DNA of 64,000 nucleotides from Cenococcum geophilum (Eukaryota): NCBI GenBank assembly GCA_050273025.1, contig CP158635.1, positions 26,164,001 to 26,228,000 of the forward strand, read 5' to 3'. Shown piece by piece: positions 1 to 14,251 of this stretch (position 1 is its first letter; each line of letters starts with the position of its first letter). The notes under the pieces were generated by a model. It saw only the letters and a program-made list of their open reading frames with translations, ran no database searches and was not told where the DNA came from. The position numbers and the translations under genes were made by a program.

Positions 1-25
1 CTCTGAAGCGATCTCCAAGCCAGCA

Positions 26-1254
26 ATGGAGCACGCGTCTACGGCACCATCGTCGAATCCTGAACCGGAGCCGGAACTAGATTTTCAAGGCGATGTTCTA
101 GTCTCCAACGACATTCCCACGCAAACTGACCTAGACAAATGCGCCGATCTACTTGTGCTGGACGCGCAAGGAACGTCGCGGCCGTTTAAGACGCTTTACG
201 CGGGGGAAGGCGTTGCGCCACGGCAATTAATTATTTTCGTGCGACATTTCTTTTGCGGAGTAAGTATATCTCTTCCCGATGCCATACGGTATGGACTGGA
301 CTGGATGCAAGAGTACCCTCGCGGAATTGCTCTGGAATACTTCGGCCTAGATTGAGAGCATGGCAAGTTCCTCACGGGATATAAGGCCCCTCACGCTGCT
401 TGTTCTGGAAGAATTTAAGTAATTGGTCAATTATTCTAGAATGCCTCCCCGGTTCAATCAGGGTAGAAGAGCTATCTGAACAATTCGCACCGAACAGTCG
501 AAAGCACTTGACGACGCATCTACACACTAGATCTGCTTCAACCTACTGTTTAGAAAAAGCAACACAGCTAACTCTACCTTCATAGAATTGCCAGGAATAC
601 CTCCGCACTCTCGCGTCCTCGGTAACTCCCGAAGCACTTCTCACGTTACCTACACCAACCTTCATAACCGTCATCGGCTGTGGCCGCCCGGAGCTTATCG
701 ATATGTACGCCGCTACAACCGGTTGCCCATTCCCAATCTACGCCGACCCGACGCGCAAACTCTACGACTACCTTGGCATGGGGCGCACTCTTGACTTGGG
801 CAAGAAGAAGCCGGACTACATTCAGAGTAATCTATTCGCGACCACTGTGCAAAGCATCGCGCAAGTGCTCAAGACCGGCCGTGATGGACTCAAGGGCGGA
901 GATTTCAAACAAGTTGGTGGGGAGTTTATGTTCGAGGAAGAGAAGGTGGTGTGGTGTCATCGGATGCGGAATACCCGAGATCACGCTCAGGTGCCTGAGT
1001 TGAGAAGGATAATAGGTCTGGATGATGCAAAACCGCCAATACGCAAGCGATGGAGCCATGGGATAAAAGAAATTAAGCAACGCAATACTAGCTGGGGGAA
1101 GGGCAAAGAACCAAAGGAAGGAAGACGCAGCGGCAGTAGGCCAAGGCTGAGTGGAGAGAAGGTTGAAGAGAAGAGGGCAGAGGAAGAGAAAGCCGTAGAA
1201 AACGAAAAGAAGGAAAACATGCCTCCTGCTTCTAATGATGTTGCGACGACTTGA
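26..1254 (+). CDS. AhpC/TSA-like (peroxiredoxin-like 2, thioredoxin-fold) protein, 2 exons
   Basis: Exon 26-259, intron 260-585 (GTAAGT...GCTAAC...TAG), exon 586-1254. Splicing gives IIFVRHFFCGNCQEY (CxxC), then PFPIYADPTRKLY and GDFKQVGGEFMF...WCHRMRNTRDH. Confidence 0.85.
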
Positions 1255-1695
1255 AGGATATGCATGAGGACATTGGCCTCCAGCTTGTGATGAAATGATG
1301 AGCGCTAGTAGAGGCTTGGCGAAGACATTTTTTATTCCTGTTTACCGTGGATACGGATACCCATTGGCATTGGAGTGTAAATTTGTATTTCTAGGGTTAT
1401 TGTGCATAGATAGTGTTGAGGTTACTCTATGCTATCTTACCTTTTGAATGAGTAAAATTCAGAAAGCTAGTGAATGATTTATATGAGTTATTTGCTTTGT
1501 TTAACTCGCTTGAAGTACTATTTCAAAATATCTTAGAATTGGAGAATATCGTAAATAGCCTTGAAACTCATGATCGGTGTCTACCCAATTTGGTATAGCG
1601 CCGTTTAAACAACTTAGGAACCCCAAATTCATGATCTCTTTCTTCTTTCTTGTACACATACTAACTCCAATTATACACCCACACACTATCTAGCC

Positions 1696-2055
1696 CTAAG
1701 TACAACCACAGCTCGCCCCCAAATCCTTCCCATCCTGGATACACGCACAGGTATGTGAGCCTGGCATCTCATGACCAGCACAACCAGAAAAACAACAGCG
1801 CCAATAACCTGTCTCGCACCTCGCGCAGTCCTTGTAGACTTTGCATTCTTGTGCTGTGCTATCGACTACATAGCCTTAGTTAATAAAATTTGCTGAACGG
1901 GTGTGGCAGCTCGACTTACGCGTGAGCCTCGCAACACCCCGGTCGTTGACTAACAGTCCAACCTGTACTTCGTCGGCACCAGATGCAGGGGCAGCCAGAA
2001 TAGAAGGAAGACTAGCTAAACCGATGAGGGAGAAGAGGGTGTGTTGGAACTTCAT
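1696..2055 (-). CDS. small secreted cysteine-rich protein, 101 aa, 10 Cys, 2 exons
   Basis: Exon 2055-1920, 54-nt intron 1919-1866 (GTAAGT...ACTAAG...TAG), exon 1865-1696. Translation: MKFQHTLFSLIGLASLPSILAAPASGADEVQVGLLVNDRGVARLTLDSTAQECKVYKDCARCETGYWRCCFSGCAGHEMPGSHTCACIQDGKDLGASCGCT. Hydrophobic signal-peptide-like N-terminus. Confidence 0.8.
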
Positions 2056-3425
2056 AGTAGGAATGGTTCAGCCTAATTACCGAGAATTGAATTGTTGTCC
2101 CGCAGCCTAAGCAATCGATGAGGCCTTAAGGTTATAAGAATGCTGGCTATCAGGAGACATTGGCTTGTTTTTATATCTCGATTTAAACGGCTCAGTGCGC
2201 AGCCAAGTTTCATTGTTACAGCTAAGATTCTGCTGGAACAGCATGCTCGGGGTCATAGTTATTGTAGTATCGGCGACGCCGACGCTGGCGGTCAAGTTTT
2301 ATAACATTCCTCTAACGTACACTTTTGAAGCCCAATGCTTTTAGAATATGTTCACTGCTAGCTATCGCTTGAGAAGCTATAGAGTATGGCAGAAAACTAA
2401 GTTCGCTGAGCAAGAACACAGCAGAGAGGGTGATAAAATAAGTCCGGAACAGCGGAGTAATTGCCCATGGCTAGGGTTTGTTAGTTCCACTTCAGTATAC
2501 CTTTACAAGGGTTGCATGCGCCGAGCCTACCCCTTCACCGCAAAGATGAGGCCGAACAGAAAATCGTACGACTACTTACTAGCAACCTTTTTCTCCTAAT
2601 GTTAAGATCTTTTACTGCCCCATATAGAGCAAAAAATTATGCAATTCCATTTTCCCCTTCGAATATTGATCCACTTACGACTACACATAACCTTGGGGCT
2701 TTCGACACAATTAGATCCTTGTCTTGGCACGATCCTTGGCAGCTTCGTGGCGAGATCGTAGCTGGGGACCATGCTCAGCACTAATGCAAGAATGAAAGAA
2801 GCTCAACAAGAGGTAGTCAGAGAGCCCTTCAACCTCAGAAAAAATTTCACCAACACGCATATATTGGCATTAGTTTAAAGTTAATAGACAAATCTGCCTC
2901 TAGAACTGGAGTGCTTGGATGCCCTTTTAATATTACATTCTTGTTCGCCTGACATAGCAAACGCTTACTTATCTTGAACTCTTAACATACTCTTAAATAA
3001 GCAATTACGCGCTAGTCCTATTTAAAATGATTCTCGTTTAAGTTTACGTGGAGGTTAGCATTTGCGTAGTATTAGGTTATCAAGCCTGAGTCGGCTCATT
3101 TGCAGTAATTTTGTGACCCGTTTGGGATGTTTGGGTTCACAGGTCCTCACAAAAGTCATAAGATGTATGCAATCACAAACGCAGCAATTGTCATCCCATT
3201 AAGGTAAAATGTTCCGACAGCCACAACTCGGAAAATTTCCCACACAGCAAGAGACAACCCCTCCAAGGCATTCAACCCCGCTGCATCTCTAATTGTCAGA
3301 CATGTTGTCTAGAACAACACGCTGTTCTTCCATGCCAATTCCGAGCCAAGTGCGTGTGCTTTAACATAGCCCGATTTAAATCCGCTAGAATACTCCAGAG
3401 GACCACTATGGACAAGCCTGCCGTG

Positions 3426-4579
3426 GCGCCCGGGGGCGGGCTTGCAGCTCGGGGGGGTCACGGAAAAACTCGGAGGGGTCACAAAGTTCAACGGGGTCAC
3501 AACCTTTCTAACCACGCTCAACTTGTGACCCCGCTGAGCTTTATGCATATGCAGCGCATATGCAAATAATTTTTGTTTAGAATTTAAAGCATTAAATAAA
3601 TAAATTCTATAACGCTGAAGTTGCATATGCCTTGCATATGCTTCCTACTAACTAGAGTATTAATGTAGCTACATTTAAATTAAGCGACCATATGCACCGA
3701 ATATGCGGTGCATATGCTCGGTATATGCACGTGTACAGCTGCAAAATCCTATAGCAAATAAACACTGGCATAAAGTGAGCTAAACAGCTTGGTTATGGAG
3801 CATATGCGCAGCATATGCTAAGCTTATACATATACCTAGCACAGCCTATCTTTCCATAGAATAGTGTTTGCATATGCTAAGCATACACAAACATCTAGTG
3901 TAGCCCACCTTATATAGAACTGGTACATTATATATGTTAAGCATATACTAAGCATATGCAATATGTATACACAGCCTATACTAATATCGTAAGAGTATAT
4001 ATTAGATTTGGGTTAACTAGATTCTTAGTGTATAGTATATATATACTCTATACGCCTAATAAGGTAGGCTGTGCTATAGTTCTATATATACTAAGCATAT
4101 ACTTAGCATATGCCTATATTATTACTTATTAACAAGTTATTTAACTACTGCAATATAGGTATCTTATATTGCATAAGTTAAGCATAAGTTAAGCATATGC
4201 TAAGCATATACTTAACTTATGCTTAGCATATTACTTTTATAAGGTGGGCTGCGCTACATATTTAGTGTATACTCTGTGTATGCTAAGCATATACCTAGCA
4301 TATGCCTAACACATACACTATTAACAAGCCGTTTAACTACCGCGATATATTCTCGTGGGTATATGCATATACTTAGCATATGCACCGCATATTTGATGCA
4401 TACGGTCGCTAAAGGCAAATTGTGGCTACTGATGCGCGTTCTGTATGGGTAAAAGTGTGACCCCGCCGACCTTTTTCCGGCGCTCCATCGGTGACCCCGT
4501 TCAACTTTCGCCGACCCCCATCGGTGACCCCTTTCAACTTTTCCGTGACCCCCCCGAGCTGCACCCCGCCCGGGGGCGC
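3426..4579. mobile_element. non-autonomous inverted-repeat (foldback/MITE-like) element with RIP-damaged interior
   Basis: Perfect 25-bp inverted repeat TGCAGCTCGGGGGGGTCACGGAAAA (3443-3467 / 4539-4563) within ~40-bp imperfect arms. Repeated GGGGTCAC/GTGACCCC subterminal motifs. TpA-rich interior built from GCATATGC/TAAGCATA repeats. Confidence 0.7.
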
Positions 4580-4760
4580 GTCATCGGTGTCGACCCCGCG
4601 TCGTCTTCCGGGTCGTTTATAGGGGTGTCGCGACGGCACTTATTGTCGCGAGGTAGTGACTGGACCCTCTCTTCTTCCTCCTTTACCTAATACTTCATCC
4701 CACCTTAACGCCTACATCCATTAAGCGCACCATTGATCTTACACCTCACAATCACTCAGT

Positions 4761-6428
<1,668 letters not shown>

Positions 6429-7851
6429 TCGCAAGAACGGGTTTGTAAGGGGGGTTGATGGAATGGAGTTGAGAGAAGCTGAGCAAGGAGTTGAGAAGAA
6501 GGTAATGACAGATTGAGGGGAGTTTGAGGTTGGTGGAGCTTGGATTGACTACAGGATGGCACATTCCGACTAAACCGGCACTCGATGTATACAATGAGAA
6601 GTGAACCGTTTCTTAGGTCGCCGCTTTTCACATAGAAACTGGATAGGCGAATGCTAAAAGCATGTTTTGCACACCCTCTCCATTTCTTTTGGATACTAGT
6701 GTCTGTTGATCAATGGTAAAACCTCAGGCGACCTTGAAACCTCAACGGATAAATCTAAATGCATGGGATTCTCTAATTCGTTTTCCTTGGTAGCTAATGG
6801 CATTAACCTGAATTTACATTGAATTTCCATGAGACCTTGACGCCAAATGCTGCGCATAATGGCGCCGCGTCAAGGCGGTGGAAGATCTGGCATGGTATTT
6901 TCATGGGCCGTGGCGGATGTGGCACGATGGAAGATTTCTTGTGTCAGAATGAGCTGCTCAAGGTGGCCGTACGAAGTGGTGAAATTTGCCCTTCGATGGT
7001 GGTATTGGTCTCATTATCATGGCATTGGTGCTGATGTTTTTAAGCACGTGAGACTATTCCGTGCTTGGCGCACCTATATAATTGCCCTCTTTGGGTTTAG
7101 CCAAGGGGCGAACTTTCGATAGAACCACGGAGGTCACAGCAACACCATTGACATGCTTTCCAAGGCTAGCGCCAGCACTTCGCAATTAGATGTAATGCAA
7201 ACCTTAGGACCTAGCACGTCATTTTTCCTGCGAGGTGCTTCGTCAGCTCCTGAATCGCTTTGTGAATGGTCTCCGCATTATACTCCTGAGGCTGTTTCTC
7301 CACACGCTAGAACATTTAAGACTTTCAGGGATCAGAGCAATGACGTATATGCCAGGAATTCGGCACCCGGATTACCTACCTGGCGTGGTGGCGGAAGTGG
7401 GCGGAACACCATTGGTAGGCCAGATGGTCTGCCCCACATCTTGGGACAGCAACGGTCAGCCCTAGTGTTCAGTAGACCCAAGATCTTGCGAAAAGTTTCA
7501 TTTTGTAGTGTTTGATACCTTTGTCACTTGAAATGAAAGAGATGCCGTCGTGTCGCGGTTTGGAATGGTCTTCATCCGTTGTTTGCGCTCGAGAAGATAC
7601 ATTCTTGTCGTACTAGTTCACTATCTGCTCGATTTTCACCAAGACGAGCTTCCTCTCTTTCCTTTTGTTCCTATTTGCCAAATTATGAGCTTCCTTTCGC
7701 AGTGATCAGTGTAAGTTTCCGCCCCCCCAAAGACCACGATGTAACACTGTATCCTGCTTTACACGCGTGATCGCCTGTCGAGGATGGTTGTTCTCATCCG
7801 CCCTCTTCCGCTGGTAATATCTTGACAGCGAATATTATTCTAATTCGCTGC

Positions 7852-8005
7852 CCCCACCCGCGTGCGACCTCGTGGTCAGTGAGGTTTTGCAGGGCCCTGT
7901 CTGGGGCCTCTAGGAGGAAGACCACAATTGCCGAATAGCCACCAGGGTCTCCATATATCATGTTAGTGATGGTACGCGGAGAACGAATGTCTGGCATTTC
8001 CCCAC
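7852..8005. promoter_or_regulatory. three CreA/Mig1-type SYGGRG motifs upstream of the hexose transporter
   Basis: CCCCAC 7852-7857, CTGGGG 7901-7906 and CCCCAC 8000-8005, all within 200 bp of the ATG. Short motif, so function is inferred only. Confidence 0.35.
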
Positions 8006-8045
8006 ACGCCTTAATCTGAATCAACCACATTTGGCTGCTTTCAGA

Positions 8046-9922
8046 ATGAAGCTATTTGATCCGTTATCCAGTTGGAAGGCTCGCCATAATGCTGTCAATG
8101 GCAATGGGGCATCTTCATCTTCATCTGAGAAGCATGAAGGGTACGATGACAGCCCACTGCCACGTCTGACCTGGGCGTCCTTCAGCATGGGCATCCTCGT
8201 CTCAATGGTACTTTTCTCGTATTGACCAGCCATTGCCCCGTCTTACTAACTATTCTCAGGGTGGTTTCATCTTTGGTTATGATACTGGTCAGATCTCCGG
8301 CTTCTTGGGGATGGAAGACTTCCTCAATCGTTTTGGCCAACATCACGCCGATGGTACCGCTTACTTTAGTAATGTCCGATCTGGACTAATTGTCGCTCTG
8401 GTAAGTAACTCTCTGCGAATCTCAGTACCTCTAGATATGCTAACGCCTTAAAGCTATCAATCGGTACCTTATTTGGTGCTTTGATTGCTGCCCCAATTGC
8501 AGACAGGATTGGCCGTAAAATCTCCATCATGTTCTGGTGCTGCATCTTCTCCGTAGGCATGATCGTCCAGATCTCAGCAACTCACAAATGGTACCAGATC
8601 ATGTTGGGACGATTTGTTGCTGGCTTTGGTGTCGGCGCTCTCTCCCTCCTGGTCCCCATGTATCAAGCCGAAACTGCTCCTCGCCATATACGTGGTGCCC
8701 TGATCAGGTTCGCACCTACTAGCTAATTTCCAATGCTACGCCTATATACTAACTTGTTTTTAGCACATACCAGCTCATGATCACATTCGGCATCTTTCTT
8801 GCCGCAGTCTTTAATTACGCAGCGGAAAGACACCAGAAAGGCAAAAAGGCCTCATGGCAAATCACTATGGGTCTCTCCTTCGTCTTCGCTGCCATCCTCG
8901 GTGTAGGTATCGTGTTCTTTCCTGAAACGCCTCGTTACAACTATCGCAAAGGCAAAATCGACAAAGCCAAGCAAACCATGACGCATATCTATGGTGTGTC
9001 AGACAACCACTATAGCGTGCACTATGAGCTGGAAGAAATTCGCGTCAAGCTCGAAGCCGAGTCCGCTAAAGGTAGCTCATGGCAAGAATGGTACTCGATG
9101 TTCTTCGCGCCCAAGATGGCGTACCGCATCGCTCTAGGCATGGGTTTGCAAATGTTCCAGCAACTGACTGGCGCAAACTATTTCTTCTACTATGGTACTG
9201 TGATTTTCGAAGGCACGGGCATCAACAACAGCTTCGTAACGCAGATGATCCTGAATGGCATCAACTTCGGCACGACCTTCTACGGCCTGTACATCGTAGA
9301 GCACTACGGGCGCCGCAAGTCGCTGATGGCCGGGTCCGCATGGATGTTCATCTGCTTCATGATCTTCGCGTCCGTAGGCCACTTCTCGCTCGACCGCGAA
9401 ACACCAAATAACACGCCCAAATCGGCGCGCGCCATGATCGTCTTCGCGTGCTTCTTCATCTTCGGCTTCGCGACCACCTGGGGCCCCATGATCTGGACTA
9501 TTTGCGGCGAGCTGTATCCGTCTCGCTACAGGGCCAAGGGCATGGCGCTTTCGACCGCCTCGAACTGGCTCTGGAACTTCCTGCTCGCTTTCTTCACGCC
9601 CTTCATTACCGGTGACATCGATTTCAGGTACGGGTACGTCTTTGCGGCCTGCAATGTGCTGGCTGGAATCGCCATTTACTTCTTCGTCATCGAGGGGCAA
9701 GGCCGCACGCTTGAGGAGATCGATACCATGTATCTCATGGATGTCAAACCGTGGGAGAGTAGCAAGTGGGTTGTTCCGCCTCTCGAACAGATGAGCGGGA
9801 AGCTGAGGCAGAATATCGAGGAAGCAAATCCCGAGAAGGCGATTGAACGCGGGCTTAACGGGAGAGGCGAAGGCAGCGTAACGGGAGCTGAGGAGGCGGG
9901 GGCGGAACGTAAAGAGGAGTAG
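8046..9922 (+). CDS. MFS sugar porter (hexose transporter), 4 exons
   Basis: [59 protein letters not shown]. Confidence 0.95.
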
Positions 9923-10491
9923 GTAGAGAACTGGTTAAAGCAAGGACAGAGTCCTTAGTTATAGACTGCCACTGTGATGTCGATAGAGTTATATGCTACA
10001 TTTTTATGTAATAATAATGATCTTATTTAATTCACTTAACAAGGTTCAAGAAATCAAACATGAAAGGAGATTAAATATAGTCCTTCCTAGGTGAAGACAG
10101 TGTTATAGGTAGCGGATTGTGGAATTCATGACTAGAACACAGCACAGTTTACCCCATGAGGGTTCTTTCACCGAGCCTTTTTAATATAGTTCGACTACTG
10201 ACAGCTGGATTCGCCTCTCTGCAGACACGGAAACACGCATTTGGAGGAAAGTTCCTGGGCCTTTCATTTAGTGATAATAGTAATGATATAGCCAAGAACG
10301 CTGCGAGGTTCTTTCCAGAGTACTTTCGGGCTGTCTCAGCACAGGAGACATCGAGAAACTTTCAACCATCTCAATGTATTTGGCAATGCCCTTCCCTCTA
10401 AGTTATATCACGCTAAAAAAAAGACGATAAAAGCCTGTGATTTCCTAACAAAACGCCAATCCCATAAATCCCCCAGGTAAATATTCGGATT

Positions 10492-11260
10492 CTATGCAGC
10501 ATGATTCTCTTTCCACCTCTTTACTCTGCTCTTGATATCTCCTTCACTTTGTTGCATTGGATTTAGCTTTCGATCCCGAAACATGGCTCCATAATTATCT
10601 CCATACTTCTCAACAAGCCTCTGTATCCATTCTTGCTCCCTCGCACTCTGCTTTCGTGGAGCCTTTCTTACACCGGATAATGCCTGCGCTTCTAGCTGTT
10701 GTACAACTGTTGTAGCAGGAGTTCCGGCGGGTACATTCGCAAAGCCAGTCCATTCTTCTGGATCAGAGTCTTCAAGGTCGTTCAATGGATCATTGAGCGG
10801 ATTAGGTTTCTTTGAAGCGTTGGGAACGTCAAGGACGCGGAGGATTTTGCCAGTGATAGGATCTCTTTCAACACGCGCGTCTAGTGGAGTAAAGGTTTTT
10901 GGTGCGGCAGAGGGTATGTGGAATTTGTCTGAGATATTGGTAGAGGTATTGGTGGGTTCGGAAGTGGGAGTGGTGGGGGTGAGTGCCGTCTTTTCAGTGC
11001 CGCCAGTTGCATGATTGAGCTTCGCGGATAGGCCAAGACGACGGTAGTTCTGAGACAGTGTCTCTGTTTGGTTCCTGTTTAGTGACACAGTGGTTAGCTG
11101 AAATATTTAGTGTTGGTAGAAATGCGCTGGTGAAGGGGTTGAAGACGGACCAATTTGCGGCGATAATAGGATTGTTGAGTATCTTCTTCTTCGACTTAGG
11201 CTTACGCTGTACTTTTGCAATTGAAGAGCGATTCTTCTTCTTCTGAAGTTCGCGGCCCAT
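10492..11260 (-). CDS. NOP16: ribosome biogenesis protein Nop16, 2 exons
   Basis: MGRELQKKKNRSS...NPIIAANW spliced to ETLSQNYRRLGL...EWIQRLVEKYGDNYGAMFRDRKLNPMQQSEGDIK. Confidence 0.92.
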
Positions 11261-11448
11261 GGTTAGTGGTATCGCTCGAGAATCAAGACGTTGATGGGAG
11301 GAAAATAGTTTAAGTTATTTGGAAAGTTTGCAACACGAAATCTTGGCATCTTCGCTTCCTCAGCCCTACGCCAACTTAATTGAACGACTTCTTTAACCTC
11401 TGAGGATTACGCGTGTGCCGTCTCATATATTCGTATATAGTCGCAACA

Positions 11449-12981
11449 ATGGCATCCAGGAGATCGTTGTTTCTCTGGGCAGTTTTTGCTGCTGTATTCT
11501 TTTATCAGGTTGCTGCCAGTGTCCCGAAGGAAGGCTGTGCATCAACGGGGGAGCCTACGCCTGGAGAGATAGAGGGCAAACTTCAGGTACAATTTATTAT
11601 CTTTTTGCTTATTAGTAGTGCTCTACCAATGCCATTAAGGTACTCTTTGATATATCCTTGATACCCTGACCATCCATAGGATGTCGCATGCTAAATACCC
11701 CGTTCCTCCAAGCTTACACTTCACGATAGGAATGCCATCTTTTAAACAAGCATAAGCTCGCAACAAGCCCAACGACCTCGAGCCTAACTTCTAGAATATT
11801 TGCTATTCTCTTCCCAGGTAGCCCAGCCATCAATGCTCTTCTCGCAACACTCTACATCTCCGGCCCGCCCAATTTCCTTTTGATGTTTTGCCCTCCAAAA
11901 ATTGACCCCTCCTCGTTGAGTGTAATGGTCGCATTTGCAGTGGGTGGGTTGCTTGGAGATACTCTTTTCCACCTCCTCCCTGAGATATTCCTAGGAGGGG
12001 ATGAGCCGGAGCATGTGCGCTTTGTGATGGTTGAGCCTAATAAGAACTTGCTTTTGGGTGTGGCTATAATGGTCGGATTTGTAACTTTCGTGGCAATGGA
12101 TAAAGGATTACGGATTGCTACAGGTGGAGAAGATATCCATGATCATGGACATGGACATGGACATGGACAATCCCACGGAAAGGCTGAGCTTGCGGAGAAT
12201 ACTTCTACGGGTGCTGAAGCTAGCGGGCTTGACATTAAAGGTATAAACGCGATTTCTTTATTGCGCTGAAGTTTTCCACCAGAGGCAGCGGGCCTTCTAT
12301 TTTATTGAATGCACTACTAACAAAACAGCTTAGACAAATCCTTAGATTCCGTCCGTTCAAGAAAAGGTACCTCTGAAAATGGAACTCTTTCTCCAATTCC
12401 CGAAAAAGAAATAAATGCTAGTGTAAAGCTTGGTGGTTACCTAAACCTAATCGCTGACTTTACCCATAATATTACGGACGGATTGGCCTTGTCTTCTTCA
12501 TTCTACGCAAGTCCCACGATCGGCGCAACGACAACTGTCGCAGTTTTCTTCCACGAGATTCCTCATGAAGTTGGCGATTTTGCCCTTCTAATCCAATCCG
12601 GGTTCTCTAAGCGTGCGGCTATGGGCGCTCAATTCATCACGGCTATCGGTGCCCTTCTCGGCACACTGATCGGTATCGCAGTTCAAGAGTTCGGAGGATC
12701 AAGCAATTCCAACACTGTGCAAGGTCCTGGACTCTTCGGCACTAGTCTCCAGTGGGGTGATATGCTGCTGCCATTCACTGCAGGGACATTTTTGTATGTT
12801 GGTACCGTGGCCGTGATACCGGAACTGCTGGAGACAGGCCCAGAGAGAGGGAAAGAATTGAAGAAAACTCTAACGCAGTTTTCGGCGATGTGTGTGGGGG
12901 CAGGAATTATGCTAGCGTAGGTTCCACCTTTGAATAATATATGCAATGCTAATCAAAATGTTCAGCATCTCGTGGTCTTAG
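11449..12981 (+). CDS. ZIP-family zinc transporter (Yke4/ZIP7-like), multi-exon
   Basis: Signal-like N-terminus, AFAVGGLLGDTLFHLLPE, HDHGHGHGHG loop, NLIADFTHNITDG, FFHEIPHEVGDF; last exon ISWS* ends 12981. Confidence 0.92.
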
Positions 12982-13239
12982 AATTTTCCACATAGGGGCA
13001 TAATCGAGAGACCAACCTTCCTCTCTCCATACATAAAATCAGATTGGAGAGCACAAAAGGCACTAGGTAGACTCTAGAAATTAAAGAACGGGATAAAGGG
13101 CTCAGGGGCTGTTCATATCCTTGCAATAAATACCTTTCTTTCAACCTCTATGTTCCGGTTTGATCATTCTAAACCCCAATCATCAATTCTTGCTCAAGGG
13201 GGCCGTTGTACCCCGCATAAAGCTATATAAAATCCAAAC

Positions 13240-13395
13240 CGTATGCTCGGTATTCGTCATGCCGCCCTGCATGGATAAATTAGCCAAACTATTGTCAGTC
13301 CGGAGACGAATATCGAGGACTCATACATTGCCAACTTCGAGCATGTCAAGCTCATTCCAAGAACCTGGCTGACCTCTATCCATATATGAAGTTTT
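13240..13395 (-). pseudogene. isolated fragment of a GH27 alpha-galactosidase gene
   Basis: Minus strand reads KTSYMDRGQPGSWNELDMLEVGN | intron 13326-13267 (GTATGA...GCTAAT...CAG) | GGMTNTE. This matches the GH27 PGGWNDLDMLEVGNGGMT motif; no other exons were recognisable. Confidence 0.7.
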
Positions 13396-14251
13396 GGTGT
13401 TCTTTCGCATACCTAGGGAGCGGATGACGAAGAGCTTACTTGTAAAGATCTGGTGGCGGGTACAGGCAAGAGCAAAACTGGCTATCCCTTAACCCGTTGA
13501 GGCGCAACACCAAGCTGGCTCGTGCATGAACACCTGCATGAGATGTACAGTTCCCACACAAAGGATCGAACGAGAGCCTCTTATTGGCTGGATCCCTATC
13601 GATAACGTAGTGCCAGAAGCAACGGGTTAAGGGATACGAAGATCCGTTTCTGTGGAAAGCAAGCTGCTAATGACGGCCGAAACAGGGCATCGCATGCCGA
13701 TTTGTGGGGAAGCACGGGGCAGCCGAGGGGCTTTGCATGGAAGGCTTGTCTTGATTCGACCGGGACTGTAGCAAACACTTCCGAACCAGCCATGCGCATA
13801 CAAATAAACTCTCACGCTCCTGCAAGAGAAGACGCTACCACAGGCGGAGAATGCCCGCTGAGAATCCACCGAAGTTGGTTTCTCCGTCTGTGTTTGCTTT
13901 CAGAGCTTTGCAGAAACTCCGCATAGCTTTCATTAAGTTTTGTTTACATCTAAACTAGCCCTTGGACAGGTTGATGAATGCTGGCTGAAGTGTTGGGGAA
14001 GATGACCACCACAGCCTGACGCATTGTGGCGGCGTTTCCGCACCTCCCCGCATAAACCACTCTTCGCGCAATGTGCGGCCCGTGGCTTTGGAAGAAACCA
14101 TGCCGTCGCGCCTCTGTGATTTGCCTTTTGCAGCATCACTGTTCTGAGACTGCGAGACATTAGTGATGGGCCGCTCGACCCTTGCATGCGCCTGGAAGCC
14201 TTCATATACCCCGACCGAGCACTTGGTTTTCGCAACTCACCACCATTTGCC

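Noticed and set aside
3540..4410. CRISPR-like array of repeated GCATATGC motifs
   Set aside because: No constant repeat-spacer period, no cas genes, and the DNA is eukaryotic.
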